64,000 nt of DNA. It comes from Nitrospirota bacterium (GTDB lineage: Bacteria > Nitrospirota > UBA9217). The notes beneath the pieces are model-generated. The model worked only from the letters and a program-made list of their open reading frames with translations, made no database searches and was not told the origin of the DNA. The stretch spans positions 64,001 through 128,000 of the forward strand of contig CAVWHO010000007.1 of NCBI GenBank assembly GCA_963754875.1, written 5' to 3'. The translations under genes and the position numbers were made by a program. This document shows positions 62,052-64,000 of this stretch, one piece after another. Each line of letters opens with the position of its first letter. The first letter of the stretch is position 1.

Positions 62052-63344
62052 ATGAAAATCATCGATTCTCAACAGAAAGACATCGGCACAGAACTGAAGC
62101 GCATCGTGAGCCGCGGTGAAACGGCCACGGAAGAAGTCGCCGCTGCCGTGAAGGAAGTCGTGGACCGCGTCCGCAAAGAAGGCGATCCGGCCGTACTCGA
62201 ATACACCGAGAAGTTCGACAAGGTGAAACTCTCACTCAAGGACATCAAAGTGTCCCCTGAGGAGATCAAGGAAGCCTATGCTCGCGTGGAAACAAAAAAG
62301 GTGGATGCGCTCAAGCTTGCGGCCCAGAACATCCGCCTGTTCCATGAAAAGCAGAAGATCAGCTCCTGGGTCAGCCAGGAAGCTGACGGCGTGATCCTGG
62401 GACAGCTGGCGAGACCGATCCGGAGCGCGGGCATCTATGTGCCAGGCGGCAAGGCCTGCTACCCGTCATCGGTGCTTATGAACGTCATCCCGGCCAAGGT
62501 GGCGGGCGTGGAGCATCTCGTCATGTGTTCGCCGGCGCCGGGCGGGAACCTGAACCCGTACATTTTGATCGCCGCGGACATCGCCGGTGTAAGCGAGATA
62601 TATAAGATAGGCGGGGCACAGGCTGTCGCGGCCATGGCGTACGGTACTGCCACGATTCCCAAGGTCGACAAGATCGTGGGCCCGGGCAATATTTATGTTG
62701 CCACTGCCAAACGCTATGTCTTCGGCCAGGTTGACATCGATATGATCGCCGGGCCGAGTGAGATCCTTGTCATCGCCGACCATACGGCGAACCCCGAGTT
62801 TGTTGCCTCTGATCTCCTTTCCCAGGCAGAACATGACGAGCTCGCTTCCTCCATTCTCGTGACAACCTCTCGGGAGCTGGCGGACAAGGTGGATGCGGAG
62901 GTCGAGCGTCAACTCGCAAACCTGACGAGAAAAGAGATCGCACGCAAGGCCATTGACCGCTTCGGCGCTATTGTTATCACTGCCTCCCTGCCGGAAGCTG
63001 CTGAGGTATCGAATTCCATTGCGCCGGAGCACCTTGAGCTTGCCGTAGAGAAACCTTTTGAACTTCTGGCATTGGTCAAGAATGCAGGAGCAATTTTCCT
63101 CGGCCACTACACGCCAGAATCAGTGGGCGACTACATCGCCGGCCCGAACCATGTGCTTCCCACGGGCGGTACAGCACGGTTTTTCTCGCCACTCTCGACC
63201 GACAGCTTCATGAAAAAGTCCAGCCTGATCTTCTACACACGGGAAGGATTGGACAAGGTCGGTGAGGCCGTGATGCAGATCGCAGACGTCGAAGGCCTGG
63301 AGGCGCACGGGAATACGATACGCGTACGGATGGCAAAGAAATAA
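62052..63344 (+). CDS. hisD: Histidinol dehydrogenase
   Basis: YVPGG, GPGN, IDMIAGPSE, SQAEHD, APEHL and GPNHVLPT motifs. Confidence 0.98.
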   Translation: MKIIDSQQKDIGTELKRIVSRGETATEEVAAAVKEVVDRVRKEGDPAVLEYTEKFDKVKLSLKDIKVSPEEIKEAYARVETKKVDALKLAAQNIRLFHEKQKISSWVSQEADGVILGQLARPIRSAGIYVPGGKACYPSSVLMNVIPAKVAGVEHLVMCSPAPGGNLNPYILIAADIAGVSEIYKIGGAQAVAAMAYGTATIPKVDKIVGPGNIYVATAKRYVFGQVDIDMIAGPSEILVIADHTANPEFVASDLLSQAEHDELASSILVTTSRELADKVDAEVERQLANLTRKEIARKAIDRFGAIVITASLPEAAEVSNSIAPEHLELAVEKPFELLALVKNAGAIFLGHYTPESVGDYIAGPNHVLPTGGTARFFSPLSTDSFMKKSSLIFYTREGLDKVGEAVMQIADVEGLEAHGNTIRVRMAKK

Positions 63345-63352
63345 GCATACCG

Positions 63353-63434
63353 CAGAAGTCAGAAGACAGAAGTCAGAAGTCAGACGAGACACGAAAAGCC
63401 GTTCTCCTGACCACTGGCTCCTGACTACTGACTC
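63353..63434. repeat. Inverted degenerate heptamer array
   Basis: CAGAAGT CAGAAGA CAGAAGT CAGAAGT CAGACGA ... CTGACCA CTGGCTC CTGACTA CTGACTC. Confidence 0.75.
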
Positions 63435-63455
63435 CTTCTTTACAAAGGAGTTCAC

Positions 63456-64000
63456 ATGCCTACAAAATCGAAAAAGGCCACATCGAAATCACCTGCACCA
63501 GCAAGTCAGAAGCTCAAACTCGGCCTCCCGAAGGGCAGCCTGCAGGATGCAACGTTCAAGCTCTTCAACAAGGCCGGCTACCGTGTCCAGGTCAGTTCGC
63601 GGAGCTACTATCCGACCATTGACGACCAGAACATCGACTGCACGCTTGTGCGCGCACAGGAGATGGCCCGCTATGTCGATCACGGCATTTTCGACGTGGG
63701 CCTCACGGGCAAGGACTGGATCCTGGAGCAGAACGCCGACGTGGTGGAAGTCGCCGAGCTTAGATACGCCAAGGGAGGACTGAACCCGGTCCGCTGGGTC
63801 GTGGCTGTGCCTGAAGAGTCCTCGATCAAGTCGGTCAAAGACCTGAAGGGCAAGCGGATCGCAACGGAACTCGTCGGTTACACAAAACGGTACCTCAAGT
63901 CCAAAGGGGTCACTGCAGATATTGAATTCTCCTGGGGAGCTACGGAAGTGAAACCGCCCCGGCTTGCTGATGCGATCGTGGAGCTCACCGAGACCGGCAG
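63456..64000 (+). CDS. hisG: ATP phosphoribosyltransferase, truncated by the window end
   Basis: [38 protein letters not shown] and [10 protein letters not shown] motifs; AAGGAG SD. Confidence 0.96.
   Translation, partial: MPTKSKKATSKSPAPASQKLKLGLPKGSLQDATFKLFNKAGYRVQVSSRSYYPTIDDQNIDCTLVRAQEMARYVDHGIFDVGLTGKDWILEQNADVVEVAELRYAKGGLNPVRWVVAVPEESSIKSVKDLKGKRIATELVGYTKRYLKSKGVTADIEFSWGATEVKPPRLADAIVELTETG

Noticed and set aside
63353..63434. CRISPR array at the short repeat tracts
   Set aside because: Units are 7 bp, degenerate and without spacers; no cas genes.

Overview
64-kb chromosomal window from a moderately GC-rich diderm bacterium. Gene content and order suggest Nitrospirota or a Desulfobacterota-like anaerobe; this is an inference, not a placement. 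Core genes: rmlD-like reductase, pfkA, radC, atpF'FHAGDC, uvrA, nadB, ampG and rho-rpmE-DUF1385-prfA-prmC-murA-hisD-hisG. Accessory modules: (1) an uncharacterised synthase-dependent exopolysaccharide operon (HEAT-repeat protein, processive GT2, TPR-glycoside hydrolase, Tat-exported deacetylase, TPR/beta-barrel porin); (2) perR-fprA-rubredoxin; (3) a PAS hybrid kinase preceded by a TonB-receptor stump; (4) a beta-helix/FN3 protein with a CFI-box C-terminal domain coupled to a MXAN_2562-like outer-membrane barrel, a candidate surface sorting system; (5) a tusA-yeeE-dsrEFH-like sulfur relay; (6) a Rieske/split cytochrome b6 complex; (7) an MSHA-like type IV pilus cluster with unusual tip proteins and no ATPase in the window. 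Three proteins under 60 aa missing from the ORF track were found by hand: a rubredoxin, a CxxC zinc-ribbon protein and a DsrH-like protein. Non-coding elements include a two-copy MITE-like palindromic element, many degenerate heptamer arrays, a structured leader near 2.2 kb and several operator-like palindromes. About a dozen single-base frameshifts (rho, nadB, perR, tusA, yeeE, HEAT gene, SurA-like gene) mostly look like long-read consensus errors. No rRNA, tRNA, CRISPR array or transposase was seen.
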